This document shows positions 1 to 8,323 of a stretch of 32,000 nt of DNA, one piece after another. Both the position numbers and the translations under genes were made by a program. Below the pieces are notes generated by a model. It searched no databases, was not told the origin of the DNA, and saw nothing but the letters and a program-made list of their open reading frames with translations. Source of the stretch: Horticoccus luteus (lineage in GTDB: Bacteria > Verrucomicrobiota > Verrucomicrobiia > Opitutales > Opitutaceae); contig NZ_CP080507.1 of assembly GCF_019464535.1 (NCBI RefSeq), positions 1,830,001 to 1,862,000 on the forward strand. Direction: 5' to 3'. Every line of letters begins with the position of its first letter. Position 1 is the stretch's first letter.

Positions 1-85
1 GGAAGTTTCCCAATCCCACCGCGCTGCCGGCCACGGCGAGGATGACGCCGATGCGTGAACTCCACGCCTCTTTTTGTTGAGCCAT
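1..85 (-). CDS. Sodium-dependent transporter, NSS/SNF (LeuT-like) family; N-terminal 28 codons only, the gene continues off the left edge
   Basis: The reverse complement of 1-85 translates from ATG (83-85) as MAQQKEAWSSRIGVILAVAGSAVGLGNF. This matches the NSS N-terminal/TM1 signature (LeuT: [26 protein letters not shown]). It is too short to appear in the ORF track. Confidence 0.7.
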   Translation of the reverse strand, partial: MAQQKEAWSSRIGVILAVAGSAVGLGNF

Positions 86-368
86 GGGCGAAAGAGCTGA
101 CAGTGCCCGGGATGCGCCGCAAGGGCGGAGTAAGAAACATTTTGTGACACGAAATTCGCGGATTTTTGAGCTGAAGGAGGCGCGGAAATTCAGCACCGGA
201 GTCTCCGTCACAAGTGCGTCAGCCGCACGTGCCGGCGGGGCGGCGAACGCGAGGGTATCTGCGTCCCGCTTCGCGTTGCCGTGACTCACTGGTCTTCGAG
301 GCGACGCGCGAAAACGCCCTGACGGTGAAGCGCCTTCTGCATTCCCGGCGAGCAGACTGCTTTCGGCT

Positions 369-1517
369 TTGCGTCGGTGTGGCGGCGCCGTTTCATCGGT
401 CGCGTTGAACACGTTTGACCATTACCTGCTGCGCGAATGGCTGAAGATTTTCGGCCTGCTCCTCTGCGCGATGCTGGGCTTGTTGTTCATGCAAGGGCTC
501 TATGACAATTTTCGCGATTTGCTGGAGATGCGGGCCAGCGCAGGCGAGGTGGCCTTTTATTTTGCGGTGTTGATGCCGAGTTTTTTCACACTCGTGCTCC
601 AGATCGCGCTGCTGCTCTCGTTGCTTTTCGTGCTGGGCCAGTTGCACCGGCGGAACGAATTTCTTGCCCTGCGTTCGGCGGGTGTGGGCGTCATGCGCAT
701 GACGCGCGTCATCTGGCTCGCCGGCGCGCTGTTGTGCGCGGTGATGGTGTGGCTCAATTCGACGCTTGTGCCTTGGTCGGTGGAGGCTTCGGAGCGATTG
801 CGCGATTCGCTCAAATATCGCTGGCAGGAAAAGTCGGGGCAGGCGGACCGCGCGGGATTGATCTTCGATGTGGGATTCGACAACCAGCGCGACCGGCGGA
901 TCTGGTTCATCAACCGTTATAGCAACGCGCAACACCGCGCCTACGGCGTGAGCGTTTCAGAGCTCGATCCGCAGCGCCGCGAGCGCGAGCGCATCATCGC
1001 GGGCGACGGATCCTACAACGCCGAACGCAAAGCGTGGACGTTTCACGAGGGTCGCGTGCAGTCCTACGAACCGCTCACCGGCGTAACGATGTCATCCGTG
1101 CCGTTTGCCACGCTTGAAAGGGCGGATTTTCACGAGGATCCGCAGTTGATCAGTGTATTCGACCGGCGGCCGGTGGATCTCTCGTTTTTCGAGCTGCAAC
1201 GCATCATGGATTACTTCGCTTACGAAGATAATCCCAAGTTCGCCCGTTACGCCGTGCGTTATTACGGGCTGCTCGCGGATACGTTCGTGCCCTTGATCAT
1301 CATCGCCATCGCGGTCCCGTTTGCGATGTCGGGCATTCGGGTGAACCCGGCGGTGGGCGTATCGAAGTCGCTGGGACTTTTCGTGCTCTACATGCTGCTC
1401 TCGCGGCTGGGCACGCAGTTGGGCAGCAACGAAGTGATTGATCCTATTCTCGCCGCGTGGGTGCCGAATCTTGGCATGGCGGCGCTGGCCGTGTGGCTCG
1501 TGCGCTCGATGCGTTAG
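369..1517 (+). CDS. LptF/LptG-family (YjgP/YjgQ) LPS export permease
   Basis: 382-aa ORF. N-terminus LNTFDHYLLREWLKIFGLLL resembles the LptF/G start. Hydrophobic TM blocks flank a roughly 150-aa hydrophilic (periplasmic) insert, with 3 C-terminal TM segments. The ORF-track start is TTG at 369; TTG at 405 is an equally plausible start. Confidence 0.75.
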   Translation: MRRCGGAVSSVALNTFDHYLLREWLKIFGLLLCAMLGLLFMQGLYDNFRDLLEMRASAGEVAFYFAVLMPSFFTLVLQIALLLSLLFVLGQLHRRNEFLALRSAGVGVMRMTRVIWLAGALLCAVMVWLNSTLVPWSVEASERLRDSLKYRWQEKSGQADRAGLIFDVGFDNQRDRRIWFINRYSNAQHRAYGVSVSELDPQRRERERIIAGDGSYNAERKAWTFHEGRVQSYEPLTGVTMSSVPFATLERADFHEDPQLISVFDRRPVDLSFFELQRIMDYFAYEDNPKFARYAVRYYGLLADTFVPLIIIAIAVPFAMSGIRVNPAVGVSKSLGLFVLYMLLSRLGTQLGSNEVIDPILAAWVPNLGMAALAVWLVRSMR

Positions 1518-1617
1518 AGGCAGCCGCCGCGCGCGCTGCGGCAGTTGGTGTCGATGCCGAGTCCGGCGAGTCGCTGCGGCTCTCGAGCGCTCCGCGGAGG
1601 AAAGCGCCACCACTTGC

Positions 1618-2403
1618 TCAGGTGCGCAGATAACTGGCGCCGTTGGCATCCACGATGCACCCGGTCAGGGAAGCGGGTGCGTCGAGCCCGAGCCAAACGG
1701 TGAGTTGGGCGATCTCCTCTGGCGTGGCGACGCGCCCGAGTGGAATGTCGCGCACCAAGTCCCTCCCGGCGGAGCCCGCGAGGTGTTCCGTCGCCATGTC
1801 GGTTTCGACCCAGCCCGGTGCAACTGTGAAGACGTAAATGTGCTGCGGCGCCAACGCCTTCGCGAGCGACTGACCGAGAGCGTTAAGGCCGGCTTTACTG
1901 GCGCCGTAGGCCGGCGCGCGAGGTTCTCCGCGAAAAGCGCCGCGCGATGAAATGTTAACGATCCGGCCGCCGCTGCCGCACTCCTGCCATGTGCGCGCCG
2001 CGTGAAACATCAAGTGCGCCGGCGCCACCAGATTCGTCGCGAGCGTCTGCGCCCACGCCTCCGACCAGAAGGCCAACGAGACGGACGAGTCTACGACGGC
2101 ATGTTCGGTATAGACGCCGGCGTTGTTGATCAGAAGGTCGACTCTGCCGAGTGCGGCGTGCGCTGCGTGCCAGAGCTCAGCGGGGGCATGGTCGCGGCTC
2201 AGATCAGCCTGCAAGACGAGGTGTCCGCTGCCAGGAAGCGAGTCGCGCAGCGCTTCGGCGGCAATGCGGTTCGTCGCGTAATGAAGAGCGACGGTAACGC
2301 CGCGAGTGGCGAGATGTTGGGCGATTGCCCGGCCGATGCCGCGCGATGCGCCGGTGACGAGGGCGGTGGAAAGGGACACGCTCGCGAGGCTGGAAGCCGG
2401 CAC
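1618..2403 (-). CDS. Short-chain dehydrogenase/reductase (FabG-like SDR)
   Basis: 261 aa with a GTG start. Carries TGASRGIGRAIA (TGxxxGxG cofactor motif), NNAG, and the catalytic YGASKAG (YxxxK). Confidence 0.85.
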   Translation of the reverse strand: MPASSLASVSLSTALVTGASRGIGRAIAQHLATRGVTVALHYATNRIAAEALRDSLPGSGHLVLQADLSRDHAPAELWHAAHAALGRVDLLINNAGVYTEHAVVDSSVSLAFWSEAWAQTLATNLVAPAHLMFHAARTWQECGSGGRIVNISSRGAFRGEPRAPAYGASKAGLNALGQSLAKALAPQHIYVFTVAPGWVETDMATEHLAGSAGRDLVRDIPLGRVATPEEIAQLTVWLGLDAPASLTGCIVDANGASYLRT

Positions 2404-2523
2404 GAGAGAGTCCAGCGTCGAGCGTCCGCAATTTCGGCGCGCTTAAGTGAGCGTTCTTGAAGATGATAAAATCATGAGGCGTTTTTCTGTAAACAATCCC
2501 GTTTCGCGGACGTCACACTGGGC

Positions 2524-2988
2524 ATGATGAAAAAACTATGCTCCCTCTTGGGCTTGGTGGCCGTTGGCTTCACGCCGGTTCAAGCGCAAGTGTTTCAGCC
2601 CAACCAAGTGCGCGGCGGCATCCTTGGGGCGGTGGCCGGGGCGTTGATCGGCGGTCATAATAACGATCGCTGGGCGGAAGGCGCGGCCATCGGGGCAGTC
2701 GCGGGCACGCTGATCGGCACCATGGCAGACCGCAATGCCTACGCCGCGCCCGCACCAACCTACGCCTACGCCGGGACGCAGACGCAGGTGATCGGTGACG
2801 CTCCCTACGTCACCTCCGCGCCCGTAGTGACGCAGACCGTAATTTACGTGCAGCCTGCGCCAGTGCGGGTGGTGCGGCGTCCCCAGGTGGTTTACGTCGC
2901 GCCGGCGCCGGTGTTGGTGATTGGCGGCCGGGGGCACTACGCGAGCCCGGGGTATTCGCGCACCCATGTGCGCGGTCGCCGTTGGTAA
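2524..2988 (+). CDS. Secreted glycine-zipper protein (outer-membrane/17-kDa-antigen-like Gly-zipper), function unknown
   Basis: Signal peptide MMKKLCSLLGLVAVGFTPVQAQ. Two glycine-zipper stretches, GGILGAVAGALIGG and GAAIGAVAGTLIG. The C-terminal half is P/V/Y-rich with a duplicated YV(Q/A)PAPV motif. An intrinsic terminator follows. Confidence 0.6.
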   Translation: MMKKLCSLLGLVAVGFTPVQAQVFQPNQVRGGILGAVAGALIGGHNNDRWAEGAAIGAVAGTLIGTMADRNAYAAPAPTYAYAGTQTQVIGDAPYVTSAPVVTQTVIYVQPAPVRVVRRPQVVYVAPAPVLVIGGRGHYASPGYSRTHVRGRRW

Positions 2989-3029
2989 TCGGCAGAACGC
3001 GTTTCTGTCTTTGCGGATTGGTTTAGTGC

Positions 3030-3059
3030 GCCGCAGCCCGTTTTGGGCTGCGGCTTTTT
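3030..3059 (+). terminator. Rho-independent terminator downstream of the glycine-zipper gene
   Basis: Perfect 10-bp stem GCCGCAGCCC (3030-3039) / GGGCTGCGGC (3045-3054), 5-nt loop GTTTT, then TTTTT (3055-3059). It lies between two convergent genes. The U-tract is only on the + strand. Confidence 0.65.
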
Positions 3060-3072
3060 GCTGGCGAGGCGA

Positions 3073-3786
3073 TTAATGGCCCACGCGCGAGGGGGTGGCG
3101 GCAGCGGGCGTCGGCTCGGATTCGAGGGCGACGGGCGTGACGGTGACGACTTTGCGTTCGGTTTTGCCGTTCACGCGCAGCGCGACAGTGATGGGCAACG
3201 CGTAGGAGGTGAGGCCGAGACGAGAGTTCATCGGATCGCTGGTGGCGGCCGCGCCGGGCGCGAGCGACATCTTCGCGGGCTGCACGGCGAAGTCGCCGAG
3301 ATCGGACGTGAAGTCGATGAATTCCACGTCGATGGGCTGCGCGGATTTGTTGGTGAGCTGGATCACCATGACCACGGGAGGCAACGGACTTTCGCCTCGC
3401 AGGCGCGCCGGTTCTTCCACCTCCGCTTCGGGAGCGCGGTTGAGTTGATCAGCAGGACCAAATCCAAACGCATCCGGCTCGCGGTTCCCCGCGCTGCCGT
3501 AATCACCACCGCCGGCTTGAATGCCCGCGAACTTCGGATTGAACCCGTGGCTTTTGCCACCACGGCGGCGGGCACCAGGCAATCCGCCAACGCCGCTGCC
3601 GAGTTCGATCGTCGCTGCGATCTGACCGTCGAAAAACGTCGCATGCGCTTCCATAGGCGGCACCGATTTGCGCTCTTCTTCCATGCGCGCCTCCATCTTC
3701 GCGCGCGAGTGAGACTCGCAGCCAGCTGCTACCAATAGAACAGTGAGCAGAGAAATCACCGTGAGAGGAAAGGTCGTGGACTTCAT
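3073..3786 (-). CDS. Hypothetical lipoprotein
   Basis: An internal ATG at 3786 gives MKSTTFPLTVISLLTVLLVAAGC, a signal peptide plus lipobox (L-V-A-A-G-C). This is followed by a Gly-rich linker and a roughly 100-aa beta-rich C-terminal domain. The longer GTG-started ORF (to 3936) would bury the signal peptide. Confidence 0.6.
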   Translation of the reverse strand: MKSTTFPLTVISLLTVLLVAAGCESHSRAKMEARMEEERKSVPPMEAHATFFDGQIAATIELGSGVGGLPGARRRGGKSHGFNPKFAGIQAGGGDYGSAGNREPDAFGFGPADQLNRAPEAEVEEPARLRGESPLPPVVMVIQLTNKSAQPIDVEFIDFTSDLGDFAVQPAKMSLAPGAAATSDPMNSRLGLTSYALPITVALRVNGKTERKVVTVTPVALESEPTPAAATPSRVGH

Positions 3787-3926
3787 GGAAAGGGAGCGGT
3801 GTGACGCGCGCAGGGGGAAAAGGTTGCCTCGCGACTGCAGCAGAGAGAGGCGCGTGGCAATGAAGAGGTCGAGGTGTATCCGGCGGGATTCGCCGATGCG
3901 CTGACGGAACGTTGGCCAACTTGGCG

Positions 3927-4544
3927 CTACCGCCACTGGTAGTTGAAACTGATGCTGATGCGTTCACCGGCGGTGCGGTTGGACGCCACTTCGTGTCGAA
4001 GCCAGCTTTCGAAGAGAATGACCTGCCCGGCTTGAGCTTCGTAAGTCACGTGCGCGCGCTGGTCGTCGCGCGCATCGGAGCGGCGCGGGGGCGCAGCCAT
4101 GAATTTGCTCAATCGTGGGTCCTCGAATTTCAAGCCCGGGCAGCCGTCGGGCGTGGCGACATAGTAGGTGCCGCTGATAAACGAGAGCGGGTGGAGGTGC
4201 AGCGAATGCGCGGCAGTGGGCGGCATGATGTTCACCCAGCAATCGGTCATGACGATTTCGCGACCGCGCAGATCGAATTCGAGCTCCCGGGCGAAGGCGC
4301 GCACGTGGCGGCTGAGTTTACGCTCCAGCCCGGTAAAGGTGCTCGAGAACCGCTGCAGCTCATTCAGGGAGGCGTAGCTGGTGTAGCCGCCGGGATAGTT
4401 CTTCGCGGACCAGGCGCGCCCGGCGCGGTCGAAGTCGCGAAGTTGCCTGCATTCCGCGGCGAGGTCGCGGTTGAACGCAACGAGGCCGCGCGCTTGCAAG
4501 GGCTCCGAGTAGATGAAGGTGGAAAACCAAGCGCGGACGGACAT
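3927..4544 (-). CDS. TIGR02466 / PF13759-type putative 2OG-Fe(II) oxygenase
   Basis: 205 aa. Contains AHSLHLHPLSFISGTYYV and the C-terminal ILFESWLRHEV...ERISISFNY, which are characteristic of the 2OG-FeII_Oxy_5 / TIGR02466 family as I remember it. Confidence 0.65.
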   Translation of the reverse strand: MSVRAWFSTFIYSEPLQARGLVAFNRDLAAECRQLRDFDRAGRAWSAKNYPGGYTSYASLNELQRFSSTFTGLERKLSRHVRAFARELEFDLRGREIVMTDCWVNIMPPTAAHSLHLHPLSFISGTYYVATPDGCPGLKFEDPRLSKFMAAPPRRSDARDDQRAHVTYEAQAGQVILFESWLRHEVASNRTAGERISISFNYQWR

Positions 4545-4670
4545 GGACGAAGCGTGGCCGCAAGATGCGCGCGCTCCAAGCTCATTGAGTAGGTCACGCG
4601 GCGCGTGTCATCAGCCGCGATTTTTCCGGCAAGTCGTAAGTGCTCTGCGGTCGCGACGTGAGGCGGGAAA

Positions 4671-5693
4671 ATGGCTGGCATCCATCCACCGCGTAGAGCA
4701 GCTTCCATGCTGCGCATGACTTCAACGGACGGCAATTGCTGTGCACCCGGTCGCACCTCTTCGGCAGTCGCGCCGACGTCGTTGGAAGGTGCGGGCGCTG
4801 GCACGTTTCAGCGCATGAGAAGCGCCTCGGTCGAGGGCATGCGACGCATCCCGGGCGGGGACTTTTTGATGGGCAATGAGCGCAACTATGGTTTCGCCGC
4901 TGACGGCGAGGGCCCGGTGCATCGCGTGCGACTGGATCCCTTCTATTTGGACGCGACGACGGTGACCAATGAGCAGTTCAACGCCTTTGCGAATGCCACG
5001 CGTTACAAGACCGAAGCCGAGCAGTTTGGGTGGTCATTCGTTTTCTATGGTCATCTTTCGACGTCGCAGCAGCAGGCGGCGGCGCGGGCGGTGGTGCAGG
5101 GCACGGAGTGGTGGTGCCGCGTGGATGGCGCCGCGTGGCGTCACCCCGAGGGGCCGGGATCGACGATCAAGCAACGCTGGGCATATCCGGTCGTGCACAT
5201 CTCGTGGCGGGATGCCGTGGCGTACGCAGCGTGGGCGGGCAAACGCCTGCCGACGGAGGCGGAATGGGAATGGGCGGCGAGGGGCGGATTGGCGCCGGAA
5301 AACCGCTTCCCGTGGGGCGATGAATTGGAGCCGGACGGCAAGCATCGAATGAATGTATGGCAGGGCGTTTTTCCGTCTCACAATACGGCCGCCGACGGCT
5401 ACGTTGGCACGGCGCCGGCGAGGGCCTACAAGCCGAATGCGTATGGATTGTATAACATGACGGGCAACGTGTGGGAGTGGTGTTGGGATTGGTTTGCCGC
5501 TGACTATTACCAGCGATCTCCCGCCGAAAATCCCACAGGACCCGAAGCGACCGACCGGCGGGTGTTGCGCGGCGGCAGCTACCTGTGCCATGCGAGCTAT
5601 TGCAATCGTTACCGCGTAGATGCTCGTAGCAGCAATACGCCCGACAGCAGCGCGACGAACATCGGGTTTCGTTGCGCACGAGATATCGAATAG
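4671..5693 (+). CDS. Formylglycine-generating enzyme (SUMF1/FGE family)
   Basis: RIPGGDFLMGN...DGEGPVHRVRLDPFYLDATTVTNEQF...AEWEWAARGG...GNVWEWCWDW...RGGSYLCHASYCNRYRVDARS...NIGFRCA, including the two catalytic Cys (CHASYC). GAGG lies 7 nt upstream of ATG 4671. The first roughly 60 aa are a non-conserved extension, so later starts (4707, 4716) are possible. Confidence 0.85.
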   Translation: MAGIHPPRRAASMLRMTSTDGNCCAPGRTSSAVAPTSLEGAGAGTFQRMRSASVEGMRRIPGGDFLMGNERNYGFAADGEGPVHRVRLDPFYLDATTVTNEQFNAFANATRYKTEAEQFGWSFVFYGHLSTSQQQAAARAVVQGTEWWCRVDGAAWRHPEGPGSTIKQRWAYPVVHISWRDAVAYAAWAGKRLPTEAEWEWAARGGLAPENRFPWGDELEPDGKHRMNVWQGVFPSHNTAADGYVGTAPARAYKPNAYGLYNMTGNVWEWCWDWFAADYYQRSPAENPTGPEATDRRVLRGGSYLCHASYCNRYRVDARSSNTPDSSATNIGFRCARDIE

Positions 5694-5809
5694 AGTGGCG
5701 GCCGTGCTGCGTGGATGTGTGGGAGCCCGCGACTGCGAGGAAGATGTGAAAGATCGGCGACCCGTGGCGACCGATTGACAAACGCACAACGTTTGCCCGA
5801 AGTCAGAAA

Positions 5810-6406
5810 GTGAACGTCACCTGGGTCATTCTCATTCCCGCGCTGCTGCTGCTCTTTTTCCCGGTTCAAATCCTGCTGCCCAGCAGTGTCGTCTTTCGCG
5901 TTTACGAGCAGACGCCGCCTCGGGGGACAGGTCGGTTTCCGTGGTGGTGGACGTCGGCCGTTTGGTTGGACCCGATTTGCGGATTCGGCGGGGCGTTCCT
6001 GTTGGATCAATACGTCTTTTCAGTGCCGGACGACGCCAAGGGTTTTCTCTTATTGGCGCCGGCCTTGGCGACGTTTGTGTGTGTGCTGGTCTCACTGCTG
6101 TTTCGCATGCCAGCGCGGCGTGACCGGCGGGCGGCATTCGCACCGTTGGGGTTTTCGGTCGGATTGGTGTTCGCGCTGATGCCGCCCTTGGTCGCAGCCA
6201 TTGGAATCATTCTTGCGCTTTGCGCGGTGGGTGGTTTCCGGCATTTCGGCGCGGCTTTTGTCGCGGGAGCCGCAGCCGTGGCGGCCGCAGGAATTCTATT
6301 CAAGGCCCCGCATATCGAAGTGGTCACAGTGGCGATTTTGGTCGGCCTGCCGTTCGTGTTTTCGACGGCGACCTATCGCGTGCTGACGTTTCCCAGCCGG
6401 CGTTGA
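5810..6406 (+). CDS. Hypothetical integral membrane protein (about 5-6 TM)
   Basis: 198-aa ORF with a GTG start. It has consecutive hydrophobic segments (VILIPALLLLFFPVQILL, GFLLLAPALATFVCVLVSLLF, VGLVFALMPPLVAAIGIILALCAVGGF, etc.). No family recognised. Confidence 0.5.
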   Translation: MNVTWVILIPALLLLFFPVQILLPSSVVFRVYEQTPPRGTGRFPWWWTSAVWLDPICGFGGAFLLDQYVFSVPDDAKGFLLLAPALATFVCVLVSLLFRMPARRDRRAAFAPLGFSVGLVFALMPPLVAAIGIILALCAVGGFRHFGAAFVAGAAAVAAAGILFKAPHIEVVTVAILVGLPFVFSTATYRVLTFPSRR

Positions 6407-6475
6407 GGTGCGGGCCGGCGGATGCGGGCCGCATTGTGGGTTGGCGGGTGAGATATCCAGCTCGACCGCCAATCG

Positions 6476-7627
6476 TCAGACGCCGAGCGCGGTGCGGTAA
6501 AAACGCGGGACGCGTTTCGTGATGGAACAGAGCGTTTCCCAAGGGATGGTGTCCGCCCAATGGCTGAACTCCACCAGGGAGACTTCATCGTGGCCTTGTC
6601 GGCCAATGATCACGGCTTCGTCGCCACTGGCGATGGGGGGAGCATCGGTGATGTCGACGATGGTTTGATCCATCGTGACGCGGCCAAGGACGGGGCAGCG
6701 TTGACCGTGAATGAGGACGCTCGCGCGGTTGCTGACGGCGCGAGAAATGCCATCGCCGTAGCCGGCGCAAAGAATCGCGATGCGTGAATCGCGCTCGAGC
6801 GTGCGCGTGCGACCATAGCTGACGGTGGACCCGCGCGGCAGCGTTTTTGTGAGGCCGACGCGCGTGTGGAAACTGAAGACCGGCTCGGCCCGAACTTGGG
6901 GGAGCAGCGCCCCGGGGCGGGGGAGCACGCCGAATTGCAGGAGTCCGATGCGCACGGCGTTAAAGGGACTGGCATCGGGGAGCGATTCGATGCCGGCGCT
7001 GTTGTCGGCGTGGACGAAAATTTCGCTCAGCCGCAAGCCGCGGCAGCGCTCGAGGGCGGCGAGAAAGCGGCGGCGCTGCTCGGTCGTAAACGCGGCATCT
7101 TCATCGGGACTGGCGAAGTGGGTGAACACGCCATCGAGGCGCAAATGGGAGGCGGCACTAATGCGAGCGTGAAGCGCGGCGGCATGTTCGTGCCAGACGC
7201 CAAGGCGACCCATGCCCGTGTCGATTTTCAGATGCACGCTGATCGGCCGCTGCGCATCGAGACCCACGCGGTTGAAGCGATCGACTTCTTCTTCGGTAGA
7301 GACGGTGGCCGCGAGATCGTATTCCGCGAGATAGCGATCTTCGTTGGGCAGGAGCGGGCTGAGGAGAAGAATGGGCCAGCCGGGCCCGAGTTCGCGCAGA
7401 ATCGCCGCTTCGGAAATGTTGGCTACTGCAAACAAATCCGCGCCGGCGTGCATCAGACGGGCGGCAATGTGCGGCAAGCCGTGGCCGTAAGCATCGGCTT
7501 TGACGACGGCGACATAGCGCATGTGCGCCGGCAGCGCGGCGCGGATCAGGTGGAGATTTCGTTCCAGCGCCGCGAGGTCGATCTCTGCCCAGCACCGACG
7601 AGGTAACGCCGTGGAAATGGTGCTCAT
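6476..7627 (-). CDS. alr: Alanine racemase
   Basis: From the internal ATG at 7627: MSTISTALPRRCWAEIDLAALERNL...VAVVKADAYGHG (PLP-lysine motif)...SYGRT...GYGDG, 383 aa. The upstream part of the 552-aa ORF overlaps tsaB out of frame and is rejected. Confidence 0.9.
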   Translation of the reverse strand: MSTISTALPRRCWAEIDLAALERNLHLIRAALPAHMRYVAVVKADAYGHGLPHIAARLMHAGADLFAVANISEAAILRELGPGWPILLLSPLLPNEDRYLAEYDLAATVSTEEEVDRFNRVGLDAQRPISVHLKIDTGMGRLGVWHEHAAALHARISAASHLRLDGVFTHFASPDEDAAFTTEQRRRFLAALERCRGLRLSEIFVHADNSAGIESLPDASPFNAVRIGLLQFGVLPRPGALLPQVRAEPVFSFHTRVGLTKTLPRGSTVSYGRTRTLERDSRIAILCAGYGDGISRAVSNRASVLIHGQRCPVLGRVTMDQTIVDITDAPPIASGDEAVIIGRQGHDEVSLVEFSHWADTIPWETLCSITKRVPRFYRTALGV

Positions 7628-8244
7628 GGCGCGCGGTGGATCTGCGGCGTCCACGTCACATACGAGGGTTCCGTCTGCAGGAATGCATCGGGGGACTCCG
7701 CCTCGTGAAACAGATCGTGGTCGGGCACGCGTGCGAGCAACTCGCGCACGTCGTAGATGATTTCCGTCAGCCCGGCCGGAGGCGGCGCCCACGCGCGAAA
7801 ACCGGACGGCGTGGTCGCAGCGGGCGGAATGTGTTCGCGGGCGAGCCGGAGGAGGGGGTGTCCCGGCGTGGCCACATGCCAGTGTTCGCGGCGGGCATCG
7901 CTGACGACCGTGCGGCCCGTTGCCTCTGCGACGAGTTGCAGGCTGCGAAATGCGTAGCACGGCCGCGGCGCGAGGGCGCACCAAGCGCGAACGGCCATCG
8001 CAGCGGTGCGCACGCCGAGCACGGATCCGGGACCTTCGCAAAAAACAAAGGCGCGCATCGCGGCCGGATCGACCGCGAGTTCGTCGAGACAGCGAAAAAG
8101 GGCGACCCCGCTTTCGGCGTCCGAAGCGGCCCACCGACCGGGCTCCTCCGCGGACTGGAACACGCCAACCTGCACCCGCGCCGAGGCGCTATCGAGCAGC
8201 AGGAGTGGCGTGGAGGAGGTGAGCAGGGCGCGGAAACTGGGCAT
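7624..8244 (-). CDS. tsaB: TsaB-like (tRNA t6A37 threonylcarbamoyl-transfer accessory protein; inactive M22 homologue)
   Basis: 206 aa. LLLLDSASARVQVGV at the N-terminus and FVFCEGPGSVLGVRTAAMAVRAW (GPGSFTGxR-type motif). Its stop overlaps the alr start as ATGA. Confidence 0.55.
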   Translation of the reverse strand: MPSFRALLTSSTPLLLLDSASARVQVGVFQSAEEPGRWAASDAESGVALFRCLDELAVDPAAMRAFVFCEGPGSVLGVRTAAMAVRAWCALAPRPCYAFRSLQLVAEATGRTVVSDARREHWHVATPGHPLLRLAREHIPPAATTPSGFRAWAPPPAGLTEIIYDVRELLARVPDHDLFHEAESPDAFLQTEPSYVTWTPQIHRAP

Positions 8245-8323
8245 CTGGTTTCAGAGATTGACCGTCCGGGAAAGCGTGCCGTAGCTTGACCAATTCTTTC
8301 AACGAAAACCTCTTTGTTTCGCT

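Noticed and set aside
86-368. Possible glycine or other riboswitch upstream of the NSS transporter; also the 66-aa and 64-aa ORFs at 84..284 and 214..408
   Set aside because: I wrote out the reverse-complement leader and found no match to glycine-riboswitch cores (no GGAGAG...CACCG...GGGGCAA arrangement) or to SRP, 6S or tRNA-like features. The small ORFs are Ala/Arg-rich with no supporting signal. The region is kept only as a low-interest finding.
2443-2472. TTAAGT-N18-TAAAAT as a promoter for the glycine-zipper gene
   Set aside because: The -35 match is weak (3/6) and the promoter consensus is unknown for this (unidentified) lineage. The evidence is not enough to call a feature.
3787-3936. 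Upstream GTG-initiated extension of the lipoprotein ORF
   Set aside because: It would place 50 residues in front of a textbook signal peptide and lipobox, and would overlap the stop of the upstream oxygenase gene. The internal ATG at 3786 is the sensible start.
5775-5780. TTGACA hexamer upstream of the 198-aa membrane-protein gene, as a -35 element
   Set aside because: No acceptable -10 hexamer lies 16-18 nt downstream (CCGAAG), and it would leave essentially no leader before the GTG at 5810.
7628-8134. N-terminal 169-codon extension of the alr ORF (552-aa ORF 6476..8134)
   Set aside because: The extension is Arg/Pro/Ala-rich and low in complexity. It overlaps the TsaB-like gene in another frame. 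The alanine racemase homology begins exactly at the internal Met (MSTISTALPRRCWAEIDL), so this is a typical GC-rich open-frame artefact.
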